From Acidobacteriota bacterium (lineage in GTDB: Bacteria; Acidobacteriota; Vicinamibacteria; Vicinamibacterales; JAENWD01): DNA of 64,000 nt. The notes beneath the pieces were generated by a model. It was not told the origin of the DNA. It saw only the letters and a program-made list of their open reading frames with translations, and did not search any database. Both the position numbers and the translations under genes were made by a program. Of this stretch, positions 45,648-54,266 are shown piece by piece. The stretch covers positions 2,389 to 66,388 of the forward strand of contig JBKPSY010000027.1 of NCBI GenBank assembly GCA_046735235.1, read 5' to 3'. Positions within the stretch are counted from its first letter, which is position 1; each line of letters begins with the position of its first letter.

Positions 45648-45784
45648 GGGTTCTGTTTCCCCGAGTCGGCGCGGAGCGCGCCGGACATGTCTAGCCCGGA
45701 CCAGACTGTCCGGGATATCGGAGAACCCCCAGCCGAGCTTTAGTGTCGGCCGGGCTCAGCGCGGCGGTTGCACACGACTGCGTG

Positions 45785-46072
45785 CTATTTCTTCTTCGGG
45801 GCGGCGGCCGCGGGCTTGGCCTCGATTTCAGTCGCGACCATCTTGTAGTAGACCGTGACCTTGTCGCCGGCTTTGGCGGTGCCCTTGGTGCTGGCGTCGG
45901 TCGAGAACGTCCAGGTTTCGGTGGCGCTCTTCTTGACGGTCAGGATGCCCCCGTCGTTCGACTCGACCGTGCCGGTGAACTGATACGACTTCGCCGCCGC
46001 CTTTACGCCCACCCCAAACCCGACCGCCAGAGTCACGAGCACGAGCGCAACGAGCCACAAGATTCGCTTCAT
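45785..46072 (-). CDS. hypothetical small secreted protein
   Basis: 95 aa with an N-terminal signal/TM helix (ILWLVALVLVTLAV), a beta-rich body and a Lys/Ala/Pro tail. Confidence 0.55.
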   Translation of the reverse strand: MKRILWLVALVLVTLAVGFGVGVKAAAKSYQFTGTVESNDGGILTVKKSATETWTFSTDASTKGTAKAGDKVTVYYKMVATEIEAKPAAAAPKKK

Positions 46073-46130
46073 TTTGACGCCTCCTTCAGGGCCCGGCCGT
46101 AACCGGGCCTTATCACTGGGGGCAGTGTAG

Positions 46131-46258
46131 GGGGAAATGGGAAAGCGGAAAATAGCGAATAGGGAATACCGAATAGGGAATACCGAATAGGAATAGGGAA
46201 AGCCGCACCGAGTGGCGGCTCCGTGCCTTGTCTCCCTATTCGCTATTCCCTATTTCCC
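46131..46258. repeat. AT-richer hairpin with tandem GAATAGGGAATACC units
   Basis: The left arm is GGGAAATGGGAAAGCGGAAAATAGCGAATAGGGAATACCGAATAGGGAATACCGAATAGGAATAGGGA. The right arm TCTCCCTATTCGCTATTCCCTATTTCCC contains the GT2 stop codon. There is a central AGCCGC...GCGGCT mini-hairpin. Confidence 0.7.
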
Positions 46259-47571
46259 AACCGGCTCCAGAGGAGCGCGGGTCGAGTGAGGAAGTACTCG
46301 ACCGGGCCGACCACGATCAGGTTGAAGAGCGCCGTGGGGCGCGCGTCGCGGCCGGGATCCGCAGACAGCAGCAGCGCGCTCGTCGCAATCGTTCCGCTGC
46401 CGAGCGCGACGATGAAGATGACGAGCAAGAGCTGGCCGCCGGTAATCACCCCGAGCGGCACGGCTGCTGCTACCAGCACGAGCGAAGCGAGCTCGATCCA
46501 GGGAGCAACAACGCGGTTGAAGGCGTACCGCGGGAAGTCCAGCAGGCCGAGCCGACCCAGCCGCGGATTGAAGGCCAGGCCGCGGTGCCGCCACAACACC
46601 CCGAACGGCACATGCCCGGCGGTCACCATGCGCGCCCGCGCGTCGAGAGGCTCGACGGTTCCTACCGGTTCGGTGACGTGAATGATCCGATAGCGCTGGC
46701 GGTCGCCGCCGTAATGCCGATGCAGACGAAACGTCATGTCTGCGTGCACGTTGGCTGTGTCTGATGCGAAGCCGCCGGCCTCGATGATCGAATCGCGCCG
46801 CCAGATCGTGAAGCCGGGGCACCCGCCCGGGGGCAGGTCCAGCCGTCGCCGGCCGACCGTCAGCAACCGCGTGCGCGCGGCTGCGAGGTACCGCGCCGCG
46901 GCCATCAGGCCTGTCGGCGCCTGGCCGTCGAGCGTCGCGGCCACGGTCTCGATCGGCGTCACCGTCATGTTCGTCGTCACGCCAACGACGAGCGAGGGGT
47001 CCTCGAGGGCGGCCTGCATCGTCTCGACGAGCGCGTCCGGGTCGTAGGCCGACCCTGCATCGACAATACACGCGTAGCGATAGCGCGCGAGGTTGATGCC
47101 GCAATTGAGGCTGTCGCCTTCGGTCGTGGCCGGCTGCTCCACGACGATCAGGTGGGGCGCCGACTGGCTGCGATAGATCGTGCCCACCGGACCCGTCGGC
47201 AGCGATCGCCGGTAGAACAGCTCACCCGGGCGCAAGTCGAGATCCGACCTGAGCGTTGCCAGCGTGGCCGACGCGCCGCTCACCACGACGATCAGCTCCA
47301 ACTCCGGATACCGGAAGGCCATGAGCCGACGGACGACGGCAGCGGGATTGGAGATCTCGCCATGAATCGGCAGCACGAGGCTCACGGGGATCGTGAATCG
47401 CGAGGTCGCCAGCACCTCGTCGTCCACCGGGCGATACCGAAGCCGCCGCCGGCGCGCGATGCTGAGTGCGGTGCGCAACAGCAGGAACGGCGCGCCGATG
47501 CCGTACGCGCAGATGAGCACGAGCACGGCGAGCGACGTCATCCAGGCCAGGGGAGACGTCGTCGGGCTCAT
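46243..47571 (-). CDS. membrane-embedded family 2 glycosyltransferase (processive synthase-like)
   Basis: 442 aa from the ATG at 47571 (ATGA overlap with the upstream HEAT gene). An N-terminal TM helix, a GT-A domain (IPVSLVLPIHGE...CIVDAGS) and C-terminal TM helices. Confidence 0.75.
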   Translation of the reverse strand: MSPTTSPLAWMTSLAVLVLICAYGIGAPFLLLRTALSIARRRRLRYRPVDDEVLATSRFTIPVSLVLPIHGEISNPAAVVRRLMAFRYPELELIVVVSGASATLATLRSDLDLRPGELFYRRSLPTGPVGTIYRSQSAPHLIVVEQPATTEGDSLNCGINLARYRYACIVDAGSAYDPDALVETMQAALEDPSLVVGVTTNMTVTPIETVAATLDGQAPTGLMAAARYLAAARTRLLTVGRRRLDLPPGGCPGFTIWRRDSIIEAGGFASDTANVHADMTFRLHRHYGGDRQRYRIIHVTEPVGTVEPLDARARMVTAGHVPFGVLWRHRGLAFNPRLGRLGLLDFPRYAFNRVVAPWIELASLVLVAAAVPLGVITGGQLLLVIFIVALGSGTIATSALLLSADPGRDARPTALFNLIVVGPVEYFLTRPALLWSRLGNRE

Positions 47572-48974
47572 GATCGCACCTTGGTCGGCTCGAGGCCGAG
47601 GCTGGAGAGCAGCGTCCGCACCCGAGGCCGCACGCTCTCGTCCACGCGCTCGAGGAGCGCCTCGGTCATGCGCGTGCCGCCGGCCGCCGCGATTTTCCGC
47701 AGCATCTCCACCTTGCTCGCGCTCGGACGGGACGTGGCGGCCTCCAGCACGATCAGGCTGTCGAGGACGCCGATGTTCTGGAGCACCTCCGCGGCGCCAT
47801 TTCGCGCGAACGCATCCGCATGATCGAGATATGGCACGAGCACCGACCACACCTCTTCGCCCATCTGCTGGAGCGACTCTCGTGCCGCGAGACGGACCCA
47901 CCACTCCCGGTCGGCCAGCAGCGGTGCGATCTGATCCGCGGTGTCCGTGGCATTGGCCGCGGCGAGCGCGCGGGCCGCGTGCGCCCGGACGTACCAGATC
48001 GGGTCGGCGAGCAGGGGCTGCACGGCGGGTACGGCGCCCGCGCCATCGAGCTCCGCGAGCGTGGCGACAGCCGCCTTGCGGACCAGCGGCGACGGATCCT
48101 TCGTGAGCAGCGCGACGTCGCGCTCGCCGCCCGGCATACGATGACGCGACACGAGCGTCGCGCCCCAGTAGCGCACCTGGGCGTCAGGGTGATGCAGCAG
48201 CGGGACGATCGCGTCAGCGATCGACGCGGGCGACTGATCGATGTACGTGGCGATACGAGAGGGCGAGTACTTGCGGTCCTTGAGGGCGCCGATGAGAGCG
48301 AGGCCCGCGGCGCGATCGTCGAGGCGCCCGAGAACGGCCAGGCTGGCGCCGACGATCTCGGGGTCGTCGTCCAGCGCACGCGCGAGGATTGGCACGAGCG
48401 GCGCGGCTGCGGAGCCCGCGGCCAGCACGCGCATCGCGGCGATTCGTCGCCAGTTGTCCTTCGGGGGCCGGCGTTCGCCCGCCAGCGACTCGAGCGCCGG
48501 ACGGCCGATGCGCGCCACGGCAGCCTCGGCGACGATGCGATCCAGCGAGGCGCGGTGCGTGGTCCCGGACGCGAGCGGCAGCACGACGTCGTCGGCCAGC
48601 GTCGCCATCAGCGAGACGACGGCGGTGCGCAATTCTTCGTCCTGCCGATCCGCGACGGTGATGGCCGCAAAAGCGCGGCGGGCCCGGCCGATGGCGAGGG
48701 CCCGCTGGCCGTTTCTGACGCCTGTGATGAGCAGGTACACGCTGGCCGCTGCCCACGTGACGAACACGAGGACGAACGCAGGCACCAGCAGCACGCCGAC
48801 CAGCTGTGAGGGAGTCAACACCGCTTGTCCGGGTTTTCGGCCGCGCGCGTCAGCGGCAATAGGGACGCCGGCCGGAAAACGGGAGCGGTCGATTCGGCTG
48901 GGCGGGGCCCGTTCCCTCCGGTCAAGGCAACGGAGGCCATACCGAATCGACCGCGCCACCGCAGGGAGGGCCAT
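47568..48974 (-). CDS. HEAT-repeat protein with N-terminal TM helix
   Basis: 468 aa with repeated LLxDPxxxVRxxAAxAL units (at least 6). The TM segment is LVGVLLVPAFVLVFVTWAAASVYLLI. The start is uncertain. Confidence 0.7.
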   Translation of the reverse strand: MALPAVARSIRYGLRCLDRRERAPPSRIDRSRFPAGVPIAADARGRKPGQAVLTPSQLVGVLLVPAFVLVFVTWAAASVYLLITGVRNGQRALAIGRARRAFAAITVADRQDEELRTAVVSLMATLADDVVLPLASGTTHRASLDRIVAEAAVARIGRPALESLAGERRPPKDNWRRIAAMRVLAAGSAAAPLVPILARALDDDPEIVGASLAVLGRLDDRAAGLALIGALKDRKYSPSRIATYIDQSPASIADAIVPLLHHPDAQVRYWGATLVSRHRMPGGERDVALLTKDPSPLVRKAAVATLAELDGAGAVPAVQPLLADPIWYVRAHAARALAAANATDTADQIAPLLADREWWVRLAARESLQQMGEEVWSVLVPYLDHADAFARNGAAEVLQNIGVLDSLIVLEAATSRPSASKVEMLRKIAAAGGTRMTEALLERVDESVRPRVRTLLSSLGLEPTKVRS

Positions 48975-48996
48975 CCCTGCAACGCGCGAGCTCCGA

Positions 48997-49572
48997 CTAG
49001 CGTCCCTGGAGCTGGTTGACGACTCGGTAGTTGTGCGCGACGACCATCGCGGTCACGGCGTTGGCCGCGACCATCGAGACGATGGCGCCCATCTTGTTTC
49101 CGCCGCGCCACATCTTCTCCGACATCAGGATCGTGGTGGCCGCGATGCCTGCCTTCACCGCCATCATCGTCGCCTGGTTCTTGGCCAGCGGCTTCATGAT
49201 CGGGTTGGCTTCATGCGCGCCGAGCGAGATCGCCGTGAAGGTGGACCGCACGTCCATGGCCTGCAGACCGGCCTGCATCGCGTAAAGCGCGGGAAGCGCG
49301 ATCGGACGCGACGGCGCTTCCTTGGGCGTCACGAACGCGTGAAAGAACTTCGGCCCCGTCGACTCGGCGGGCGAGGCGCTTTCCGCCTTCGTCGCGACGG
49401 CGGCGGCCGAGAGCGTCACGGAGGCGGGCACGGGAGCGAGCGGCACGGCGCTGTAGAGCACCGCGCTCGAGGCGGTGTTGGCGGCAAGGAGGTCCTGCGC
49501 CGCTGCGGGCGACTGCGAAAATCCGATGCCAACAAGAACTGCTGCGGCAACGCTGGGGAGCGAGCGAACCAT
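48997..49572 (-). CDS. secreted/membrane protein with C-terminal DUF5658-like domain
   Basis: 191 aa with a signal peptide (..SPAAAQD) and a C-terminal hydrophobic domain with an HEANP motif reminiscent of DUF5658. Confidence 0.5.
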   Translation of the reverse strand: MVRSLPSVAAAVLVGIGFSQSPAAAQDLLAANTASSAVLYSAVPLAPVPASVTLSAAAVATKAESASPAESTGPKFFHAFVTPKEAPSRPIALPALYAMQAGLQAMDVRSTFTAISLGAHEANPIMKPLAKNQATMMAVKAGIAATTILMSEKMWRGGNKMGAIVSMVAANAVTAMVVAHNYRVVNQLQGR

Positions 49573-49838
49573 GACGACACCTCTTCCGGGCTGGGCGGCC
49601 CTCGTGTGGTCGCGTCGCCTCCGGACTCATCGTGCGAGTCCGGCCGGGAGGCCACGCGAACGTTGCCGGAAGACAGGGCAAGCGAAGTGCCCATGGCGGC
49701 GGATCGCTTAAGGCGTTGTGTAGCAGCCGGTTCCTGCATCGTGTGCGGTACCGCACATCGCGCGGAGATCACAGATCTCGCACTCGCGATCTCAGTTGTG
49801 TCGTGGAGTGGAATGACGGCCGCGCGGTCGCGCGATGG

Positions 49839-50588
49839 TCAGGCGCGTGCGCGCTGTGGCTCGCCGGGCTTGAGACCGAGCAGGCGCTTGAGGCGATCGA
49901 CGAGAGAAGTCTGCCCGGCCCCGGGATTTCCGGCTTCCACCAGAAGATCGAGACACGCGGCCACCGAGGGCACACCGCCAATGCCGAGACGCCGCGCGCT
50001 GGCGGGGACGGCGTTCTGATCGCCGCGCCAGATCAGGATCGCACGCGCCTTCGAATCGATCGCGATGTCGAGGCAGTTTTCAGGGCGATCGTCGACGACG
50101 ACGTCGAGCTCGAGCGACGCGGCGATCTTGCCGCGTGACGTCGCCACGACGAACACCGAAGGCATCTCGAAGCCCTTCGCGCGCAGCCAGCGCTGACTCT
50201 GGATCTGGACGATGTCGCCGTCGCTCTTCGGACGGCTGGTGAGGAAAATGACTTCCCAACGCTCGGCGCGCGCCGTGTCCGCGAGCCGCTTCACGATGCC
50301 GGGCTCGGTCTCGTCGAGCGATTCCCAGAAGTTCGGCGTGCGCTTGACCTCCGCCCAGAGCTGACGTTCCTGGCGCGACGTCAGCGAGAGCGACGACGGA
50401 GACACCTCGCCCGGTTCGCGATCGGCGTCCGCTGCGTCGGATGGGGGCGACGCATCAACCACCTGCGGCGTGGCCTCGAGATCCGCGTCGGGGAAACTCA
50501 CGCGGGCCTGACGGACCAGCGCGCCGTTCAGGTCGGCGAGGACTCCATCGAGATCGAAGCCGACGCGGAGGGGCATGGGGTGGCGCAA
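49839..50588 (-). CDS. HAD-superfamily hydrolase (5'-nucleotidase-like)
   Basis: 249 aa with HAD motif I, FDLDGVLADL, and a later TSRP motif. Confidence 0.65.
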   Translation of the reverse strand: MRHPMPLRVGFDLDGVLADLNGALVRQARVSFPDADLEATPQVVDASPPSDAADADREPGEVSPSSLSLTSRQERQLWAEVKRTPNFWESLDETEPGIVKRLADTARAERWEVIFLTSRPKSDGDIVQIQSQRWLRAKGFEMPSVFVVATSRGKIAASLELDVVVDDRPENCLDIAIDSKARAILIWRGDQNAVPASARRLGIGGVPSVAACLDLLVEAGNPGAGQTSLVDRLKRLLGLKPGEPQRARA

Positions 50589-50663
50589 GGATCTTAACTC
50601 GAAGCCGGGCGAACGGGCCTCCGGCCTCGTCGAGGAGCGGCAGGGAAACTGGCGGGGACGGCC

Positions 50664-52517
50664 TCAGCGGGCCGACGAGCGGCGGGGCGTGAGATCGCTT
50701 GCGACCGCGTCGAGATCGACGCCCTGGGCCGCACAGAGGGCCCGGAACCGCCCGTCGGGCGACGCAAGGAGCGAGTTCCAGGTCCCGGATTCGACGATGC
50801 GGCCGTGGTCGAGAACGTGAATTCGATCGGCGTTCCGGATGGTCGAGAGCCGATGGGTGATCACGACGATCGTGATCTGCTCGTGAAGGCGGTCGATGGC
50901 GTCCTGGATCCGGCGCTCGTTCTCCGAGTCGAGCGAGCTGGTTGCCTCATCCAGGATCAAGATCCGGGGGCGCCGGAGAAGAGCGCGCGCCAGCGAGAGC
51001 CGCTGCCGCTCTCCGCCCGAGACGAGCACGCCGCGATCGCCGAGCACGGTCTCGAGGCCATTCGGCAACGCTTGCACGAACTCGTCGGCGGCCGCCGACC
51101 CGAGGGCGCGCCAGATGTCCTCCTCGCTAGCCCCGGGGTTCGCCCACAGGAGGTTCGCGCGCACGCTGTCGTGGAAGAGCAGCGTCTCTTGTGGCACGTA
51201 GCCGATCTGCCGACGCCACGACCGCAGCGCATCGGCGGTCAGGGGCGCACCGTCGATGGTGACCGCGCCGCCGGTGGGCGTCACCAGACCCATCAGCAGG
51301 TCGGCCATCGTGCTCTTCCCCGCGCCCGAGGGCCCGACGATGGCGATGGTCTCGCGCGCTGGCAGCGACAGGCGGACGTGGTCGAGCACGACAGGAGTGC
51401 CAGACGCGTCGTAGCTGAAGCTCAGATCGACCAGATCGATGCTGCCGACGAGAGAGATCTCACGGTGCTGATCCACCCGGGGCTCTGCCGCGGCCAGCGC
51501 TCTGGCCTCGGCCGCCGCAACGGCCTCGAAGCCCGGCAGCTCGACCACGCACGACTGCAACTTGTCGTAGAGACTCGTGACCCGCGGCACCAGGCGTGCG
51601 AAGAGAAACATCAGCAGGAAGAGCGAGGCCGCCGGCATGCCCATGACGGCGTGCGCCACGTAGACAATGACGGCGAGCAGCGCCGCCGAACCGATGTTGA
51701 GCCAGAGACGCGTATCCGCGGCCGCCGCAGCGGCCACACGTCCGACCTCGCCAACCGTGTGCGACAGGCGGCTGAACTCTTCGGCGTGACGGTCCTCGGC
51801 CCCGTACGCCTTGGCGATCTTCATGCTCTCGAGGAAGTCGCTCGTGGCGGCGTGGAGATCGTTCGAGGCCGTGAAGGATTCGTAGCCGGCCGCGCGCGCC
51901 CGAGTGAGACGGCCGCGCACCGCCAGGGCCACCAGGGCGCCGCAGCCCATTACGAGCCGGGTCATCGAGGCCGATACCCGCAGCGCCATCACGACGTAGG
52001 CCAGCGAGATGGCGATCGTCACGAGGAGATCGATCAGGTAGTACGCCGCCGAAGCAACGCCGTCGACCTTGGCCGTCAGCACCTGCAGGAACGACGAGGC
52101 GCGGTTCCTCGAGAAGTAGACCCAGGTACTTCCGGCGACGGCTCGATAGACGCGAGTCCGGAGCGCCTGGACGATGTCCTCGCGCATCCCCGTGTTCACG
52201 ACGGCCAGCCGCCGCTGCAGGAGGCCCTGCAGCGTGATGATCCCGACGTAAAGCGTGAGGACGACAGGCAGCGTCGGTTCGAGCCCCACCGCGGCGAAGC
52301 CACGGCGCAGCGTCGCCAGCAGGCTGCCGAGGGATCCCTGCTGCGCGTCGAGACCCACGAGCTGCAGGAGGGGCACGAGCAGCAACAGGCCGGCGCCTTC
52401 GAACACGCTGACGCCGACTGTCAGCACGGCACTCTCGACCGCGCGACGCGGCGAGGCAGTCAGCAGCGCGACCGCGAAGCGGCGAAGAAGCCGGAGATTC
52501 GAGGGGGACTCGCTCAC
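50664..52517 (-). CDS. ABC exporter, fused permease-ATPase (McjD-like lasso peptide export/immunity candidate)
   Basis: 617 aa with a 6-TM domain and an NBD (GPSGAGKST, VSGGERQRLSLARAL, ILILDEATS). GTGA overlap with the B2 gene stop. Confidence 0.88.
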   Translation of the reverse strand: MSESPSNLRLLRRFAVALLTASPRRAVESAVLTVGVSVFEGAGLLLLVPLLQLVGLDAQQGSLGSLLATLRRGFAAVGLEPTLPVVLTLYVGIITLQGLLQRRLAVVNTGMREDIVQALRTRVYRAVAGSTWVYFSRNRASSFLQVLTAKVDGVASAAYYLIDLLVTIAISLAYVVMALRVSASMTRLVMGCGALVALAVRGRLTRARAAGYESFTASNDLHAATSDFLESMKIAKAYGAEDRHAEEFSRLSHTVGEVGRVAAAAAADTRLWLNIGSAALLAVIVYVAHAVMGMPAASLFLLMFLFARLVPRVTSLYDKLQSCVVELPGFEAVAAAEARALAAAEPRVDQHREISLVGSIDLVDLSFSYDASGTPVVLDHVRLSLPARETIAIVGPSGAGKSTMADLLMGLVTPTGGAVTIDGAPLTADALRSWRRQIGYVPQETLLFHDSVRANLLWANPGASEEDIWRALGSAAADEFVQALPNGLETVLGDRGVLVSGGERQRLSLARALLRRPRILILDEATSSLDSENERRIQDAIDRLHEQITIVVITHRLSTIRNADRIHVLDHGRIVESGTWNSLLASPDGRFRALCAAQGVDLDAVASDLTPRRSSAR

Positions 52518-52984
52518 GATCGAATGAGAGACCCGTCAGGCGCGAAGGCGAACACCGGCACGTACTGGGAGACGGAGGTCACGGATTCTCCGGCAGGCCT
52601 GCCGTTCAACAGGACCCACGCATGGCCGATCACGTTTGCCGCGTCGTTGCGTCCCATGCCAATCACCAGTGTCGGCTCGGCGTGCCCCTCGAGGAGAAAG
52701 CGGTAGGCGATCAGCCCCCGCTCGAGGCAGTTGCCGCCGTCGCGCCACCGCACGAGACGGCAGGCCCACCTCGCGAAGACGACGACGCGCTCGTCACGAT
52801 CGGCGTCGGGCGCGAGGCGCGCGTCGCGCCAGACGAGCCGCACGAGCGATCGAATCGGCATCACACGCTTCAGCACCGGCAGAACGCACGCCCACGTCAT
52901 GATGCGGATCGCCAGCGCCACGTCGGCCAATGACGTGAACCTGGCAGCGACACGCGACACACGGGAAGGAGCGCTCGTCATCAT
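52514..52984 (-). CDS. lasso peptide biosynthesis B2 protein (transglutaminase-like Cys protease)
   Basis: 156 aa with GNCLERGLIAYRFL (catalytic Cys) and VIGHAWVLLNG (His), matching the McjB C-terminal/B2 pattern. Confidence 0.85.
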   Translation of the reverse strand: MMTSAPSRVSRVAARFTSLADVALAIRIMTWACVLPVLKRVMPIRSLVRLVWRDARLAPDADRDERVVVFARWACRLVRWRDGGNCLERGLIAYRFLLEGHAEPTLVIGMGRNDAANVIGHAWVLLNGRPAGESVTSVSQYVPVFAFAPDGSLIRS

Positions 52985-53011
52985 CGACCCGTCTCGAGGG
53001 TCCTCGATCGG

Positions 53012-53926
53012 CTACGCCGACGTGGGACGAGTCACGCGAGCCGATGTCCGGAGGTTCAGCTCCGCGCCTGCGTGATCTTCGATGGCGTCGAACAGCGTGC
53101 CCGCGACCGCAAAGGACCGCTGGAAGCGCAGGCGATACGCGGGCACCGAGGCCGCCAAGTGGGCGTACGCGGTCATCAACTCCTGGTTGTAGCTCGGGAT
53201 CTTGAACGAGAGCGCGTACGCCTGCTGCAGGAGCAGCGGCAGCCGCTCAGCCACGCCGAGCTTCTCGAAGTGCGGGAGCCCTGGGCGATCGTCGTCGCCG
53301 TCGAGGACATAGACGGCACGCAGCGACAGGGGACCCGACGGCCACTCGACCGGCTCGAACGCGTGGCCGGTCTTGCCGAAGTAGTCGGCACTCGCGGGCC
53401 TGAGCCTTGCGTCGTTTCGGAGGGGGTGGAGTCGAACGCCAGCCTCTGACGACGTCGTGAACGCCAGCGTGTCGTCGCTGATCAGCCGCCAGCCTGGGCG
53501 GCGGCCCATCGCGAACGCGGTCGTCGACTTGCCGGCCAGCGTCGGCCCGGTGAAGGCGATGACGTCGCTCGTGTCGGCCGGACCAGCCGCGCTGGCGTGG
53601 ATGACCTGCCGACCCCAGAACGGGTAGATCGCAGGCAGCCAGGCGCGCTGCACGACCTCCCGAAACCAGGAGGTGTCGCTGTCCGGAAATGGAAACGCGG
53701 AAAGTTGGGGATCGAGCGCGGTGAACTGCACCGCCCCGACACTTCGCTGCGAGATCCAGTACTGCTCGCCGAGGCGGTAGCAGTGCGTCGGGAAGGTCTC
53801 AGACGGAGCTGCCGGCCAGGTGGTCAGCAGCTCCGCATCCCGTTGCAATCGATCTTGGAGCCCGGCGTACTCGATGGGCGCGTGCCATTCCATCGAAGGC
53901 TCGGCCCACGGCTCAGTGCCGAGCAT
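53012..53926 (-). CDS. HPr kinase-like P-loop protein (RiPP tailoring kinase candidate)
   Basis: About 304 aa from the ATG at 53926 (AGGGGA SD). Walker A FTGPTLAGKSTTA followed by LISDD, as in HprK C-terminal domain relatives found in lasso clusters. The track start at 54010 would overlap the peptide gene. Confidence 0.7.
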   Translation of the reverse strand: MLGTEPWAEPSMEWHAPIEYAGLQDRLQRDAELLTTWPAAPSETFPTHCYRLGEQYWISQRSVGAVQFTALDPQLSAFPFPDSDTSWFREVVQRAWLPAIYPFWGRQVIHASAAGPADTSDVIAFTGPTLAGKSTTAFAMGRRPGWRLISDDTLAFTTSSEAGVRLHPLRNDARLRPASADYFGKTGHAFEPVEWPSGPLSLRAVYVLDGDDDRPGLPHFEKLGVAERLPLLLQQAYALSFKIPSYNQELMTAYAHLAASVPAYRLRFQRSFAVAGTLFDAIEDHAGAELNLRTSARVTRPTSA

Positions 53927-53952
53927 GACGGTCCCCTGCTCGGGGCAGTTCC

Positions 53953-54147
53953 CTACCGCGGAGTCGCCGGGCACGTGCCGGCGTCGATTTGCATCGCCTC
54001 GCCGCCGCACATCGACTGGCCGTCACCAAAAGTGCCGGACTTGCCGTTGGCGTTTCCCGTCCGCACGAAATCCCGCAGGTTGCCGAGCTCCTGCAACTTC
54101 GGCGAGAGCCAAAGCCGCCGCCCGTTCCCCGAAAGTGATTGCGTCAT
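53953..54147 (-). CDS. candidate lasso-type RiPP precursor peptide (64 aa)
   Basis: MTQSLSGNGRRLWLSPKLQELGNLRDFVRTGNANGKSGTFGDGQSMCGGEAMQIDAGTCPATPR. GGAGAG SD 8 nt upstream of the ATG, and high GC3 in this frame. The leader-like PxLxxxG...T motif, a Gly-rich C-terminal half with Asp/Glu and 2 Cys, and the position between the cyclase and tailoring/B2 genes all fit. Confidence 0.6.
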   Translation of the reverse strand: MTQSLSGNGRRLWLSPKLQELGNLRDFVRTGNANGKSGTFGDGQSMCGGEAMQIDAGTCPATPR

Positions 54148-54199
54148 CGTCACAGCTCTCCGTGTGCGCCCTTTGAGCGAAGGGCACCATGTCCAGCAC

Positions 54200-54266
54200 A
54201 TTCTACCGAATCTCAACCGGAACGCGGCCGTGAAACGCCGGAAACTGGCCTGAATTCTGTATTATA
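54200..54266 (-). promoter_or_regulatory. candidate dedicated promoter(s) for the precursor gene
   Basis: The minus strand reads GGTATAATAC (perfect TATAAT, plus coordinates 54261-54266). A second TAGAAT is at 54200-54205. Both lie in the 148-bp gap between the cyclase stop and the peptide ATG. Confidence 0.45.

Noticed and set aside
45703-45722. Stem-loop CCCGGAC-CAGACT-GTCCGGG as the terminator of the small secreted protein gene
   Set aside because: The stem is short and there is no U-tract on the relevant strand, so it is not distinguishable from chance in GC-rich DNA.
46084-46110. CCTTCAGGGCCCGGCCGTAACCGGGCC as another REP family member
   Set aside because: It shares only the CTTCAG/GGCCCGG fragment and lacks the GTAG head and the partner arm. 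It is too degenerate to call.
54023-54190. Alternative 55-aa ORF (MVPFAQRAHTESCDDD...) as the RiPP precursor
   Set aside because: It overlaps the 64-aa candidate in another frame, has clearly lower third-position G+C, has no SD, and has no Gly/acidic spacing compatible with a macrolactam ring.
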